From Vicugna vicugna (lineage: Eukaryota), in assembly GCA_013265495.1 (NCBI GenBank), contig MU061538.1:1-64000 (forward strand): DNA of 64,000 nt, in the 5' to 3' direction. Shown here piece after piece: positions 33,951-48,712 of this stretch; within the stretch, counting starts at the first letter, position 1, and each line of letters opens with the position of its first letter. The notes under the pieces were generated by a model that had not been told where the DNA came from, made no database searches, and saw nothing but the letters and a program-made list of their open reading frames with translations. The translations under genes and the position numbers were made by a program.

Positions 33951-35829
33951 GGAGGTTCTTTTGGTAGTTTGACGTTGGCCACGGCAGGAATATTTCCGCC
34001 CTGGAAGTCGGCAGTCCCCAAGAGTTGGCCGTGAACCGGTGCCCACTCTGCCACCGCTCTGAGCTGTGTCTGTACCCTCCTGCAGAGAGGTTCGCCATGA
34101 CCTCTGAGGGTGGATGGGACAGATCACCTTAGCGCAGCAGGGCTCTGAGTTGGCCTGAGGGTGGGTTGCAGGGAAGAGCTCCCTCTGGCCTGGTCTCACC
34201 CACTCTTGGGCTTCTGTCCTCTGGAGGTGGTAGCTGAAGACCTGTGGTGTTGGCTGAGCCTCCCTCGGTCTGTCTCAGAGTCCAGGCTATGCTTTCTCAG
34301 GGCGGGGCACCTGCCGAAAGCTGTTTTGCTTTTCAGAGGCTAGCTTTTTGCCTTTAGTAGCTTAAAAATTTGGAAGATGCCTGCAGGGTAACTTACTTTA
34401 CCTCCCCTGCCCCTAGGGGTCCTGGCCCTCAAGTCCTGCTGCTCAGCTGACCCCAACTCCAGTCCTGTCTCCCTGGTCTGGGAGATTTCTGTATGCTCAG
34501 CTGGCTTCTCAGCCACATTTCTCTGGGTTTCTCAGCCTCTGGCACCATGCCCGGGGTGGGGGGAAACAGCCGCAGCAGGTCGACCCCCCAGCCCTGTGCC
34601 GTAGCCTTTTGTCTGGTTGCCTGCGAGGCGCTCTGACCATCGGAGCTGGAAGCCCGTGTTGTTTTTAGGGGAAGTACTTGGGAACTAGCACACTGCCCTG
34701 TGAGAGTGAGAACAGATGGGCTCAGTTGCTGAGGGCGCACTTGGAAGGGGAGGGGGAGACAGATTTAGGAGAAAGGGGTCAGGTGTCCAGTTTTACTTGC
34801 ATAATTTATTTCAAAATGTTTCCCTGGGTAAATGAGTTTAGGTGGGTTTCACGGTTTTGAAGAACTTGGTTTTTTGGTGGTTGTTGTTTGAAGGAAAATA
34901 CTGTTACTGTGAAGCACAACGTATGAGGTGTTTACTAAATTTTAAGCAGTGCAGCACGAAGTAAACAGCTGCAGAAGAATTCCAAGTTGGGCTTCACTTG
35001 TCTCACCTGTGATATGGCACCTGACAGGTCAGGTAAACCCTGGAAATACCTATTCAACATGACCATTTAGTGAACTCACCTTTCTGGGGGGGGGTACTGT
35101 TGTCTCACTCACTCTGTACCTTACAGCTCCGGGAGGAAGACAGCTTGAAAAGGAGGAGGAAAAAGTTTTGAAAAATGGATGGTAAAACTTTGCATAGGAG
35201 CCCCCTTCCTGTGCGAGGAGGGCTGGGGGTCCGGGGGCCCAGCGTGGGTCTGGAGCCGAGGCCAGTTTCAGTGTGGCCACTGTGCGCCGTGGCCCCAGCC
35301 AGAGTCTGGGACTGAGGAAGTCAGGTCCCTTCAAGCTTTTAAAAATGAACCAGGAGTTGGACCTTGAATGAGGGGGTGGGGGAAGGCAGTACAGCGTGGA
35401 TAAGGCACGGGGAGGGGAGAAAGTGCTTTAAAGTGGGAGGTGAATAATTTATAGGGTAGAGGAAGCTGAGGCAGTAGGCTGGAAGTGTCATTAAACACAG
35501 TATATAATATGATAAAGCAGTTTATTCATGTGTCTGTGTGGTGTCACCAAGTATTTCAGTTCTGTCATATGTCCAAGTTGTTACTAACTTCAGAAATTAC
35601 CTGAGGCCTACAGTGACATGACCACTGCTCCATCAGTGAGTGGACCAGGTATGCTCTAAGGCCAAGTGCACCACTGACGTGTCTTTGATTGTTGACTGAT
35701 CCACTGACAAAGAGCTCAGAATCAGGCTGCGCGTTTACCTCTAGGCCTCTGGATTACGTACTTGGTTCTGTTATTTTTAGGGAAATGCCTATTCATGTAA
35801 GCATGGTATGCTACGCAGCCTGCATTTGG

Positions 35830-35932
35830 TTGGAACCCAGGATGCAGGGAGCTGACTGTAAATTATACCCAGAGCTTCGACTGTGCAGAGGATCAGCTCC
35901 CCTAAGCCCCGAGTTAATCAAGGGTCAACTGT
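35830..35932. mobile_element. Tigger2-like TcMar terminal fragment
   Basis: Ends cccctaagccccgagttaatcaagggtcaactgta, resembling a Tigger2 terminal inverted repeat plus TA. Confidence 0.55.
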
Positions 35933-38900
35933 ATGCAAATCAGTGTTTTTTGGGAATATTCACAGGATTTTGTAGCCATCACCAAAATCTATTTTTGGAA
36001 TATCTTTGTCCTCCCTCCAAGAAGCTCCATGCCCACCAACACTCACTCTCCCCCCACTTCTGATGCCAGCCCTGGGCAGTCGGCAGCCCACTCCTGTGTC
36101 TGTGGGCGTCGCTGGCCTGGACATCCCACGTACGGGCAGCCTGACGGCACGCAGGCTCTGTGGCCCTGACTATCAGAGTGATGGATGGATGGTAGAGGTT
36201 GGGAGGTCGGTGACAGACAGGGGTGGACTGGTAGATCACTGGGAGGCACCACAGCCCTCTCCGGTGGTGGTGCTGCTGTGGCTGTGTAAGGTGTGACCAT
36301 CGGAGGGACCTGGGAAATGTGTACACAGGGCCTTGCTGTGCTTTTTTTTGCAATATCTGTAATTATTTCAAAAGAAAAAGATTTTTGAGGGTGATGTTAT
36401 GATCTAATTATTGGTTTTTGTATAGAGTTGTCCATTTGTGATGAATAAACTAGAGGACTTTCTAGGAAGAATTGGAAAGAGTTTGGGATTTGATCAGGGG
36501 ATGTCCAGACATTTTTGTAATTTTCTCCCTGAGGTTCCTCGATATTTTTTTAGTCCCTTGTGCAGAAAACAAAGAACGATAGATATGCCGCATGCTTCCC
36601 CTGGGTTGTTCCTGTGATGATGAAGCTGACGGTTTTCTCTGGTCAGTTGGTCGGTTGGTTTTGGTTTTGTTTTGTCTTATTTTTTTGTGTTTCTGTGTTG
36701 CATGGTCACAGTTAATGGCAAATAAGCATTATGGAGGATTTACTGGAACCTTGGTCTAAAACATCCAGTTAATATAAATGAGTATATTCAGGTGAAGAGT
36801 CCTAATATTTCCAAGTGCCTAATTATCTAGTGTTTCTCCATTACACACAAATAAAGGAATAAAAGTAGAAAACGAGAAGATTTTAGATTGGTAAATTCCT
36901 CTCACTTCATTCTAATAACTCAGGATATTTACTGTCTGTGTGAGGGAATAAAATTAAGCTGAGAAATTTCATGTGAACCTATTTCTTGAAAATGAAAAAG
37001 TCACAGTAAAGTTTCAAACATGATGTGACTTCTGAGTTCATGTAGATGTTTGGTATACCTGTCAGGTCTGTAATTCGAGGAGATTTTAACCCCAACTTCA
37101 CAGTCTCATAGTTTCTTCCTCTTCTTCTGCTCTTTAATAATAGAGCAAAGCTGGATTGACTCCGCTCAGTACATGGAACAAGTACAGTTACTTCAGTGCT
37201 GTAATTAACATGTCTATCTTTCTGTCCATTCTAGTCAAGACATAAGAGTTTAATATGAAGGATAGCATTGGATTTGATGTAAAGTAAAAAAACAACCAGA
37301 TTGTCTTAAGTGTTTTAAGAAGGAGATGAGAAGACATGCTTCCTATTCTCGGACTCATTTTAATTTGTGGGAATGATAGATCTCATGCCAAAAATCTCAA
37401 CTTTAAATCAGGATTGTCAAATAATTTACTTCTGTGAGTGCTTTTCTTTTTAACAGTTACAGAAAGAATGTTATGACTTTAGAATTTTGTTAAAATACGA
37501 TTCAAATCTTTGAAAAACTTCCATAAACATACATCTGTATGTAAGGCATTAAATTGATCTCTTGACATTAGTATTTTGATGAAGGGATGTCTAATTGTTC
37601 TGCTGTATAGAAGTTATCCATGTCCCAGTTTTGACTCTGCCGTTGACAATCAGTCTTGGCTTAAATGTCCTTGTCACTCTATGCACACACTGAAATGTAA
37701 GTCCCCCTACAAAAATAAATAAGTAGATGAACGGTATATCTAATATAGCAGATACGTGAAATTAGAGAAAGCCTCACGATAGCATTCCTTTCTAGTGAAT
37801 TAGAAATAGGAGTTGGTTTTCACATAATTTAGGCAGCATTGTTACAGAAGGTGTGCTGGGTAAGCCTAGCTTTTTAATTTGTATTTTACAATTTCTGATC
37901 TACAAAAGTAGGTAGTAGTCATTCATATAGCATAGAAATAGCCAGGAATTTTTGAAGATGAACGTGCGCTAACTGAGCGTTTGTCCATGGGGTGGGTACC
38001 TGTTTCCCCTTCCCTGCCCCTCTGACCAACAGAGTTAGCCCGGCAGAGCCTCAGGCCAGGCCACACCCACCCCACCCACCCCCCGCTGTAGAGACGACAG
38101 AAGAAGCGCATTTACACTCACTCCGGGTCTTTTCCTGGTGCGCAGGTGGAGACGGGCCCTCCCTGCCTGAGGTCTCGGCGGTGATGCAGGACAGTAGTGC
38201 TTCTTCCTCCCTTGGGAAATTGCTCATTAACGTACAAAACACCTTGGAGAGAATTTTGAAAGTTTCTCCTGGTAGGAAGGCCATAAACAGATGACTTTTC
38301 CAGCAATGTCGGTTTATTTTAATGTCTTTGTACTGCAGTGTTCTTTTTGGTCAGTCAGATCTCACTGTTACACAGTAATCAAAGTCTACATAGAGCTCAT
38401 ACAGACAGACCAATGAGAAAATTCTAACTGTGGATTTTGAAAAATATTAATTGCTGTGATTAATGCGTGAATTAATTGATTGCCTACTTTTTATGTGCAC
38501 CAGAAATAGACAAGCCCAATTGTTTTGTGCCATCTTTTCCATCCAGGCGAGTCATTTGGCCATACTGGTAATAACCCTTGACAGAGGTTCTTAGGGAGAT
38601 ATTCTCTCTCACCTTTTTGGAAAATCTTGAGTACTTTCTTCTTTATGGAAAGAGCTGTTAAGAGAAAGCATCCCAGTATTTTAGAAAAAATATTAACATT
38701 TCTTGACCCTGTTTTTTCAATTTCCATGCATACTGAGCCTCTGGAGAAGATGGGGGAGGGCGGATTGGAATCGGGGGTGTGAGAAAAGACAGAGGTGGTG
38801 TAATAACCCCTGTGGGAATGGGTGGAGACATTTTAACATAAAAAGATTGGAGGGTACAGATTTTTGTTGGTGCCAGTTTACATTTGAGCCCTTTTCTCCT

Positions 38901-41900
38901 GACCTGGTCATGAGCCAGTCTTTGGGAATACTTGGAGCTCCCTGCTGTGGAGCCACAGAGAGGTGGCGTGTGCTCTGGTGATGTAAATGTAAAATTTGTT
39001 TAAATCCTGTTATTTGGAAGTTTTGTCCAGTGTCAGTATTTTTTCCCCATCATAATTACATTCGTATGGAAGAACTGTAATGGGTTTTCCTCCAAGCACC
39101 ATGCAGATGCTCCCAGGTGCCCGCAGTGTTTCAGCAGGTCATATGTACTGTGTCATAGTTTCCTGTGTTGGTCGCATCGGGAAGGGCTGGCTAGAGAGCT
39201 GTGGACGTCCGCCTGACCAAGGTCAGGAGAGTGAAGATGATTCTGATGCTGTCTTGGACACCAGCCCAACTCTTTCCCCATCACTGACCACAGTTCCCAG
39301 GTCCCGGGTTCTCCAGGAAGTCCTTCTGTATGTGGAACCTTGGAGTCCCCTTTGGTTGATTTGTGTGTGAACCAAAATTTTTCTGGGCGTTTTTACTTTC
39401 TGTGAGTTTCCCTTCCCCATTGCTCTGATTTTAAGACTAATCCCCATGCAGACAAAACAGTATTAAACACCTGACGATTTTTGGTTAGTATCTCCCCAGC
39501 CTGTGACCTCTGATTGCACGTCAGGTCTGTGTAAGTGAACCCGCCGTGTACTTCCAGGCGAAGGTGTGTGTTGACTGCTTGAAGGTTCCTGAAAGCTGAG
39601 TTTCTGTTGTGAGACAGCAGGGCACGGGCCTCTCATGGTTTCGTGGAACCTGCGGTTCTGTTGTGCTAGTCTTGCCTCATCCGTTTATAGTTTTCGAGGT
39701 GTAAGTGTTGATTTTAGACAAGAAAACCTTAATCTTGCTTGGATCTTTCCAATTTGTAGTCTTACGTAGAGCTCATCGCCTGGTGAGAGAAGGTGGTGTT
39801 TGGGGGTCAGCAACAGGTGGTGACATGCACCCAGGTATGCTGGGTGACCGGAGGCCCCACAGGCTGGGACCTCCTCCAGCCGCCCAGGGCCGCTCCGAGC
39901 AGCAGGCCCGGACGAAGCGACTTCTTCCCCTGGAACCAGTCATTTCTCCAAGTAAGAACTGAGTGGGTTTCTTGATGTTGGTCTTTTTTGGCTTTTGTGT
40001 TTGTTGTTTTTTGTTTTTTTTTTTTGACACTGTGCCCGAAGGGCTATGCAGAAATGAGAGAAGCTCAAATCTTTGGAATGAGGAAGAATGTGAATAAGTG
40101 AACCTGAATAACTAGTTTACTATTTGAAGTTTAATAACATTTGGTTTCCAAGATGATCATCATTTTATCCATTATCTTCTGTATTTTACTAAAGATACTT
40201 AATCAGTATTGCTTCAGCTGTAATAGACCTATGTCTTTCCTCATGTTTTCTAAGACATCAGTTACCCTATTTGGATTTTTAGAAGGAAGGAATGAGTGTG
40301 TTTACCCAGCGTGTCTCCACGCTGCTGATGCTGTGGGGTTTCAGCAGGTGTCCCCACAGCCCCTGTGAGGGTGAGGCACCTGCTGTGCTTTGGGTGGTCG
40401 CCCTGGGCCGAGGAGGGAGGTCTGACTGTTAACACTGCCTGCAGGAACAGCGCTGTTTGAAGACAGACAGTCCTTCTGTTTAGCTTCAGTTTTGAACATT
40501 ATCCCATGTTCACAAATGGGGAAGATAGGAGTTAAGTTAAGGAAATGCCAGCTATGTGTTAGTTTGTTCGATCTTTCATACTTCAGGGAAGACTTTGGAG
40601 TCCTCTGGGTCTGGGACTCGTCTCTCTAGCCCACTTCCCCTCTAACTTTGAGCAAGTCACTTCCCCCTCGTGGGTCTGTTTCCTTATCTGGCATCACTGT
40701 TAACGAGCTGTTGTGAGGACTGGGCAAGGTATTGTATTCGGAGTTCTGGCATATGGTCAGTGTTCTGCCTTTGTGTGTTTGGTTTGGTTTTTCTAAACAA
40801 ACAACTTTGGTATTATCAACATCATATTAGAATCCAAAATATGCCTTTGTCTTTTTAAAGAAAAGATAAAAAGAGATTTCTTGGGTGGTGTCAACTCTTA
40901 AATATAATCAAAACTTAAATACTCATACAGTGATTATTTCTAGCTTGTAGAGATACTATGTATAATAAATATGAAACTTGTTTCATGATAAGACTTATAA
41001 AGGAGATTTGAGTGGCGTTTTGTTTTGTGGGCGTGGGGAGTTTCTGTTGAAAAATAAGATTTGGAACCAGATGACATGTGTTCATCATCCCTGTATGATT
41101 TAGGGACACATTTTGTATTTTCCCTGCACATCTCTGCCTTTCTCTGCCATGTTTTTGCTACTTTAAATTCTGTTTTGTGGAACATAAACAAGTGTTTATG
41201 AATATGTATTACTAAGAAGCAGATTTTCGACATAGGGAATAGAATTAAAATTTGGTAACAGATTTACTTTCTTCCATTTTGATAGATTCTTTTTCTTTGG
41301 CACTTGTAAATTAAAAACCTCAGAACTATTGAGTGCCTTGGGATTCTGCTACTAAGAGATGGCCTGACTTTCAAAATCCGTCTTCCGTGAATTTTAGTAA
41401 TGTAGCCAGTTAACTTGTGTTGAAAGCTTACTATGCATATGGTTTCTCTGCCTTGTCTTCTCTAGTAGTTCCAAAATAGATTCCCTGAGATCCTAACCTT
41501 AGGTAGCTTCTCTCCTGAAAACCCCAGCGTTGACCGCAGCGGTGAACGAAGCAGCACTGCTCTGCGTGGCACAGAAGGCACTTCGGGCTGGGCTGACCTG
41601 ACTTTTCGGTTTCAGCACCACCGTCCTGCCCACTCCTCACCTAGCCAGAGTGGATTGCAGGTGCCATTGTTTTTGCTTGGAAAATTCTCTTTTCTTTGCA
41701 GGGCAAACCCCAGCTAATGCTTTCCAGCCTATCACACACCGTCTTCATCCTGAAGCTGTCGTGGACCCTTCAGGGGGCGGCAAGTCTTCTTGCCTCCTAG
41801 GCTGGCAGTCCCACCTCCCCCGCCAGCCCACCGCCAGCCACGAGCCTCCTGAGCCGGGACTAGGTCTAATTCCGCATCACGTCCCGGGCTCTGGGCACCC

Positions 41901-43159
41901 AGCCAGACCCAAGTGACTGCTCGAAAAATGGCTTCTTCCGTCTGTTTTCCACAAAGAACAATCTACACATGTGCAGTAGATTAAGGAATAATAGCACAGT
42001 GACAAAAATGCAGTAACAGAATCAGAACTCACAGCGGGTGACGGTTTCTGCCTGGCGCATGGTGGTGGGCAGCAGGGCTCTGGTATGATGTGTGGGTGCT
42101 TCGTGGGACTGGTGACAGGGTGACTTGGAACTGCTGGTGCCCTGGCAGATTAGCTGAAGAACTGTCGGTGAACTCAGAAAAACCAGATGCTGTTAGAGAA
42201 GCAGATATCTCATTTTGGAATGGTTTTTGCAGGAGTTGTTTTATCATACTTAATCATGAAAGTGTTTCTTTCAACATAGTTATACTTTACCTTTGAAACC
42301 TGATAAGTCAGAAAAAAAATGTTTAAAGCAGATTTGAAGTAGATTACTCATGTTCTAAGAGAGTCTTGTTTAATATCACTCTCTCTAAAATAAGATATAG
42401 TTTAATTTATGGAAATTATATTTTCACATAATTTTAGTTATTTTTTGTATAAAATAATACTTCTGTGTTAGAAAATTCTTAATTTTAGTCTTAAATTACA
42501 ATAGTAATTAGGAAAGTAGTTTATGCTTCTTACAAGTAATTGGAACGTATGAAAATAGAAGGGAGTGTGGAAGCCTCATTCCCCTCTGTGTTCCACTGGT
42601 TTGGTATATATTCTTGCAAACTCTTTTCTGTTTGTTTATAAACACATACAACGTGTGTAAAGCTATAGGTTTATATACACACGTATAAACATAGCAGTAT
42701 TTTTAAGCATATGTGGCCTCTATTAATCAATTTTTATCTATTGGTAAATCTGGCAGTATCCTCTATTATTACCAAGCGTAGTAATTTCTTGTAATTTTTG
42801 GTCCAGCTCATCTGCACCGCCTCCTGCGCCCTGCCCTCACCTTCCCCAAGGAACAGGTTTTTAAAGTTCTTGTTAATTTTTTATTAAAAGATTTTTATGT
42901 GTCTCCGCCACCTTCTGAGATGAATGGTAGCTAGTTGTACCTGCTTTTCTCCACTTGTATTTTCACTTAAAAACAAATCCTGAAAGTTATTCCACAGCCG
43001 TTATTCACATCATCCTGGGCACTGTCACCGCAGAGACCCTCCCTGTCGCTCTGAAGCTGTGCTACAGGCAGCTCTGGGCACACTCACTGCCATGCACGCA
43101 TCTTCCCGAGCGCAGGCAGAGCTGCCTTTTCACCTCCAGTCTGTCACTAGTTGCTGTCC

Positions 43160-43290
43160 TGTAAACTTGGGGTATTCGTAATTCCCGTCTGTAGACTTGT
43201 AAGAATTAACTCAGATACTGTGTGTGAGTAGCTTAGCACAGAACCTGCCATGTCAGAAGCAACTCGTACTCAATAAATGGTGGTTACTTG
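43160..43290 (+). mobile_element. MIR SINE fragment
   Basis: gcttagcacagaacctgcc...ctcaataaatggtgg. Confidence 0.55.
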
Positions 43291-45912
43291 GCTGATTTGA
43301 ACAGGTAGAGTTTATAGCATAGTCAGCCGCCCTCACTGGTCTTCCAGAAACCTGGCTCAAGGGGAGTGGTTGTCTGTCCCTTGGCTGTCCAAGGACCAGG
43401 TCCCCGGTCCTGCCTCCCTCACCTTCCACTCCTCTGGACCTTCCATGTGACAGGCTTTGAAGAGGGCTCAGCCTTGTGCTGTGATCTAGTCCTTTTTGGT
43501 TAAATGGCCCCATGAGAATCTGAGAATTTGGTCTCCAGGCAGACTTGCCTACAGTTGTGGGCATGTGGATGCCCAGACAGGACCCCGCCGTGATGAGCCT
43601 CCCTTAGATTTGAAGTGGGCGGAAGGTCTGGATTAGTCAGAGCTTTCTCCCCACCAGGCACAGGGTTTAGGATGCTTGTTTATGAGTGTTCAGAGCTCAG
43701 CAAGAATTTGGTTCGTCCAAGAAACCAAGGACTATTTTGAAAATAAAAATTAAAACCATTATGTGTACACTGTCCCCCTCAGTAGTAGAAGGGACCTTCT
43801 TCTGCACATAAGCTGCAGAGAAACAGTGCTGCTCTGAGGTACACAGGATGAGGAAATGACTCCCCACCACTTAGCAGAAAGGAACCAACCACTTGCCCCT
43901 GCTCACTGGGAAAGGGTGCAGCCAGTCTGGCCCAGGTGTATCTGGCAGGACCTGAGGCGCCCTGTCCCTGGGTTATGCGGGTCGGGGATGTCCCTCTGCA
44001 GAGGAGCTGCCATTGCCCTGAGAGGCTGCATGCTCTCTGTGTCTGCTTTGACTGCCGTGTCAGAGCGAGTAGCCACATGTAAAGTCAGTTTTCACCAGTG
44101 GTGGTCCCATTGTTTCCTGGGATGAACATATCCTGTCACTGCATAGTATTTGGGGGAGAAGAAAGGATCTGAAAACAGATTTTAAAAAGGCTTACGTGAC
44201 AGACTAAGCTCATTTTGCTGTAATTTTATCAAAAGACGCTTAACATTTGGGTTATTTCTTTTGGAAGCAGAGTGGCAGTTGAAGTTCTCCAGCAATGATG
44301 TCACCCTTGCCCTTTCACGACACCCTAGCGTCATGCGTTCTCCCTGAGTGTAAACCAGGGCGTGCCAAGGGTCATCTTGATGCAGAGATGGTCTCAAGTA
44401 AATTGCTTCCTGGGACCATGGCCTCACGCCTGCTTTACAGCCTCCTACCTGACTTTTGGAGCACTGAACTACTCTAATATTTAATTTCCAGAAACAGCAG
44501 AGCACAACCTGCAGATGAATGGCACTTGCTAATTTTGTGGCCTAGTCGGGCTGGTCCAGCAAGCCCTCCAATTCTCCCCACCCCAAGCTCCACATGTCTC
44601 CTGGCTTTGGGGGAAGTGCGATCCTTTGGTCATCTGGATCCACTTGGGTCAGAGCCGGCCCCTCTGTGGTGGCAGAGCCTCGGATTGGAGCCATCGTCAC
44701 CACTGTTCTCACCGGAACCTTGGCCTCCTGAGTGGTGTCGTCCCCGAGTCTTGAGCCTTTTCCTAAATTCTGGAAGGTTGTCATCTACTCGGTTCTGTCC
44801 CAGAACGGACTCAAGCTAACTTGATTTAGAAAAGCTTATTTCCATCAGTCTCGCCCACCCTTACGGTTCAGGCAAATTAAAGTCTTCCCTTGGTGCCCTG
44901 TGAAGGGTCAGGTCTGCTCGGGCACATGGACACGGGGCAGGTGGACCCGGCCTGTCCTCCCGCAGAGCTGCATGGCCGCAACATATGTGGTGAGAGTGGC
45001 CTATCTCTAACAGAGGAACTGGCTGCTCCTGGGCCCCATCCCGTGATTTGTTCTTAGGGGCCAAGCAGAAGAGGTGGAGTTGGTTCTCAGAGAGCTGTCT
45101 CCTTGGGGCCACCCCACCCCGGGGTAACATTCCCTGACCAGTTCTCAGCCAGAGTATGGGATGGGGGCTTGTCTTTTATTGGCTACAGTATGTGTGTTAC
45201 TTAGGAAAGTAAGTGTGGCAGTTCTGGAGAACATTTCTCTGACCCCATCTCGGTCACTGTGGTCCATCACCCAGCAAAGCCAGAAGTGTGGCTTTCAGAA
45301 CGTTGGCATGGCCAGTGTGTTCTTCTTTGAGGGGTGGGGAGGGGAGTACGTGGCACCTCAGAGGAGAGCTCCCTGCCCCAAACAGCTTCTGCCTTTTCCT
45401 GCAGGAATGGCTGTAACACCAAAGAAAACCCTTTCTCAGTATTTTTCTAAATAGGGTTTTTCCTGCCTAAACACTTACTTTTTCCAATATGCAAGCCCCA
45501 GGCATGGAGAACTATAATTATAATCCTCATTTGGGAGATGGTGTGGGGAGGAGCCCAGGATGGGAAATTGTGTGCTGGCTCCTTGGAGCCAGTAGGGGCA
45601 GGAGGGGAGAGGCAGACCTCAGGGCTCTGAGCCCAGATCCCTGGTGTGGGGTGACAGTACTGGCAGCGGGGCAGGGAAGGAGGGGCTTGGGGTCGGGTGC
45701 TCTTCTGGACAGCGGGGAGATGGGCAAGTGCCTCGGAGTATTCTCGGGTGTGGAGAGCCAGGGCCACATGTTTCTGTATCCAGCTTCCCATCAGGGTGTT
45801 TAAAGAACATTATACAAACAACAGATAAACAGCAAGAATGCTAAACGGCCTGCCTGACATCTTAGAGTTGTTAGGAGTCAGTAAGTCATGTGTGTGTGTG
45901 TTTTTCTCTTAG

Positions 45913-45954
45913 GTTCATTTTCCAGACACTGAAAGAGCAGAATGGCTAAATAAG
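45913..45954 (+). CDS. ESYT2: ESYT2 exon 2 (VHFPDTERAEWLNK), start of the SMP domain region
   Basis: tttttctcttag|GTT...AAG|gtaaga; 42 nt; phase 0/0. Confidence 0.97.
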
Positions 45955-47028
45955 GTAAGAGTCGAATACACTTAATACCAGAATATCAGTGGGAATTAGA
46001 GGATAAGATGCCATTTTTCCATATTTGGGGATTTGGATGTTGACAGTGTGTGAACTCATCTGGACTTAGTGGGTTGGCTTTTGCTCCCAGAAGAACTCAG
46101 TCATAACTGATATGTTGCTTTCCTTTTCTAAACAGTGCAAACTGTGTCTTTGACGTGAGAAAATTAATGATGTATTTACAGTTGGATGTTTGGCCCTGTG
46201 TCTCCCTTACTGATCAGCCACTGGTCAAATCTCTTTTATGATAATCATAAGCGAAAAATTTGGAAATGTTATTATGAAGGGGGAAATAACACCCAGGAAA
46301 TCTAGTGATAGATAATAATCTTTTTTGGAGAAGGTTATGTTTTTAGGTCATTATATTTTGGAGTAGATCTGTATTTTATATATCCTTAGATTTATATAGT
46401 AAAAACTAATGTGGATAATGATTACCCGCAGAAAATCACTGGAAGTTAGTCCATCCTTGAAAACAACTCATTAATGTTTATTAAGAATGATACAGTTTTA
46501 AGAGGCTTTTAGCAATGAATTGAAACCACAGGATTTTCTGATTTTTTTAACAATCATTAAATATGCCTGCATACTTAAAGAGAATATTTAGCTAGAGTAA
46601 CTGATTCCTGCAGCATATTGGTTAATCAGTACTTTACTGTTCACCTGGTGCTCCAGATGTTTTCAGAGGGAGCAGCTCTACCTGTTTTGCTGTTAGTCTG
46701 AGAACAGACTGTCTGGTCCCAGCATGGAGCAGTGTGGGTTGTGTCTTTATAGTGTGGCACCATTTTTCATTTGAAGTGAAGTTTCTGGACTTTAGCTCTG
46801 CCTAACTTCAAATGTGTGTAGAACACAAATAAAAAGGTAAATGATTGTTTGATTACTTAAAAAAAAGCTTATTGTAATACATTTAAAAAATTTAGATACT
46901 TTTTTTGTATAATAAAAAAGCCTCCCCCCCCATTTTCAAAAATTCTGAAAAACTGTAGGAGTGTGATTTTTCATGATGACTTGAGTACTATTCCATTTTG
47001 TGTAACATGTGCTCTTTCTTCTTTCCAG

Positions 47029-47163
47029 ACTGTCAAACAGATGTGGCCTTTTATTTGCCAGTTTATGGAGAAGTTGTTTCGAGAAACCATAGAGCCGGCT
47101 GTGCGGGGGGCACACCCCCACCTCAGCACCTTCAGCTTCACGAGGGTTGACATGGGGCAGCAG
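47029..47163 (+). CDS. ESYT2: ESYT2 exon 3 (TVKQMWPFICQF...VDMGQQ)
   Basis: ctttcttctttccag|ACT...CAG|gtttgt; 135 nt; phase 0/0. Confidence 0.97.
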
Positions 47164-47706
47164 GTTTGTTTCCTCTTGAGTGTTCTTACCTGTGCATACA
47201 CGTTATTGTCTAGAGGAAACTTCTGGAAGGCTGGCAGTGTGCATGCAGGTCCCCCCAGGCCAGCCTCCTGCAGGACCTCTCCTCCTCCATCTGGGCTCAC
47301 CTCACTCATCCACTGTGGTCTTTCAGCCACTGCAGTTTCATCGGTGGTCCCCGTGGTCCCCACCAGTGTCTGCCCCACGTTCTTCTGTCAGAGTTATGTT
47401 TGTACAGTTTTCTGCCACCTGTTCTGCTGGAAAAGGAGTTTGATGTACAGACATACCAGTGATGCTGTGATGACACATGCTGAAAGCTTTACTCTCCAGA
47501 CGTTTAGAGGCAACAGCTCAGGGCCCCAGTGCCAGGCTTTCCGGCCCACAACAACGACACAGGTGGAGGGAAAGATAGATCCTGTTATCGGAGTCATCTC
47601 ACATGCGAGGGAAAGTCACTAATCCTAACTCTACGGAAGCCTTAAGACTGTTTTTATATTTTTAAGTCAGTGTTTACAATTATTAGTAACGGTTGAAGGT
47701 AACATT

Positions 47707-47751
47707 TTTTTCTATTGAGGCATAATTGACACATAATGTTGTATTACTTTC
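47707..47751 (-). mobile_element. 45-bp L1 3'-terminal insertion with TSD
   Basis: aaggtaacatt at 47696-47706 and 47752-47762 flanks tttttctattgaggcataattgacacataatgttgtatta. Confidence 0.7.
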
Positions 47752-48622
47752 AAGGTAACATTGTTTCTATGCCTAATAAAAGTTGGGAGTTGAGCAGTAC
47801 TTTCAAACACACCCACAGCAGAGCCAGGCATGGACTGTGTGTTCAGATGTCTGTGCTCCAGCCTTTCGGGGTTTTAGTGCACGTGTCTGAGGACTGACCC
47901 CTGGCCGTGTCACTGCCCCCAGGCTCTTTCCTGTTCGACATCTCGTGGCTGCTGGTCCCCTCCCCCATCGAGGGCCATTTTCTATGTGCAGAGAGGGCTC
48001 AGTGTCTTCCACAGTGACTCAGGCTGTCTGATGAAGAAGAGAGGGAGCCCACACAGGGGTCTTTGTCCATCCTCGGTCGGTGCTGTTCCCCCGGGGTTGG
48101 CCCCTCCTCCCCCTAATATGAGGTGTCGTCTGGGAGGAAGGGAATCTGTGGTGCAGTCATTTGAACTCGGGGCCCTGAGTGTCTGTGCCGCTTTTCACTT
48201 ATCCACATGGTGAGCTCACTGTGTCCTGTGATCTGTCATCCTGCACGTCTCTGAGCTGTGTGATCAGGGGAATAGCCCGGAACCTGGGACGGTAGGAAAG
48301 GTAGACTTAGAGTTTAGTCCTGCAGCTGGTTGAAGAGTGAGATTTCAGGACACCCATCCTGTCACAGAAGCAGTAGGCAAGATAGGTAAGATATTTCTTC
48401 AGCTTGAGTTTTAATGCTCAAATATGATGTTGAGAACTTTCTTAGAAGGGGTCTCAAATTAATGAATACAGAAAAGGTTTGGAAATGGTGTTATAACGGG
48501 GCCCTTGAAATATAACATCTATTATAGTCTGCCTTTTCTTTTTATAGAGTTGTTTGATTCTGACTTTATATTGTGTATTAGGTATTGAAAATATAGCGAG
48601 TATTTTGATTCACTGAAAAGCC

Positions 48623-48712
48623 TCATTTAAAAAAAATTGAAGTACAGTTAGTTACAATGTGTCAGTTTCTGGTGTACAGCGCAGTGTCCCAGTCATGCAT
48701 ATACATACATAC
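48623..48712 (-). mobile_element. ~90-bp L1 3'-terminal insertion with TSD
   Basis: attca(c/t)tgaaaagcc at 48608-48622 and 48713-48727 flanks ttgaagtacagttagttacaatgtgtcagtttctggtgtacagc. Confidence 0.72.

Noticed and set aside
39793..39951. Possible alternative ESYT2 exon ending CAA|gtaaga in phase 0
   Set aside because: No convincing acceptor or in-frame ATG, and no recognisable homology.
46963..47622. 219-aa ORF
   Set aside because: Only 47029-47163 is ESYT2 exon 3; the rest is chance open intron.
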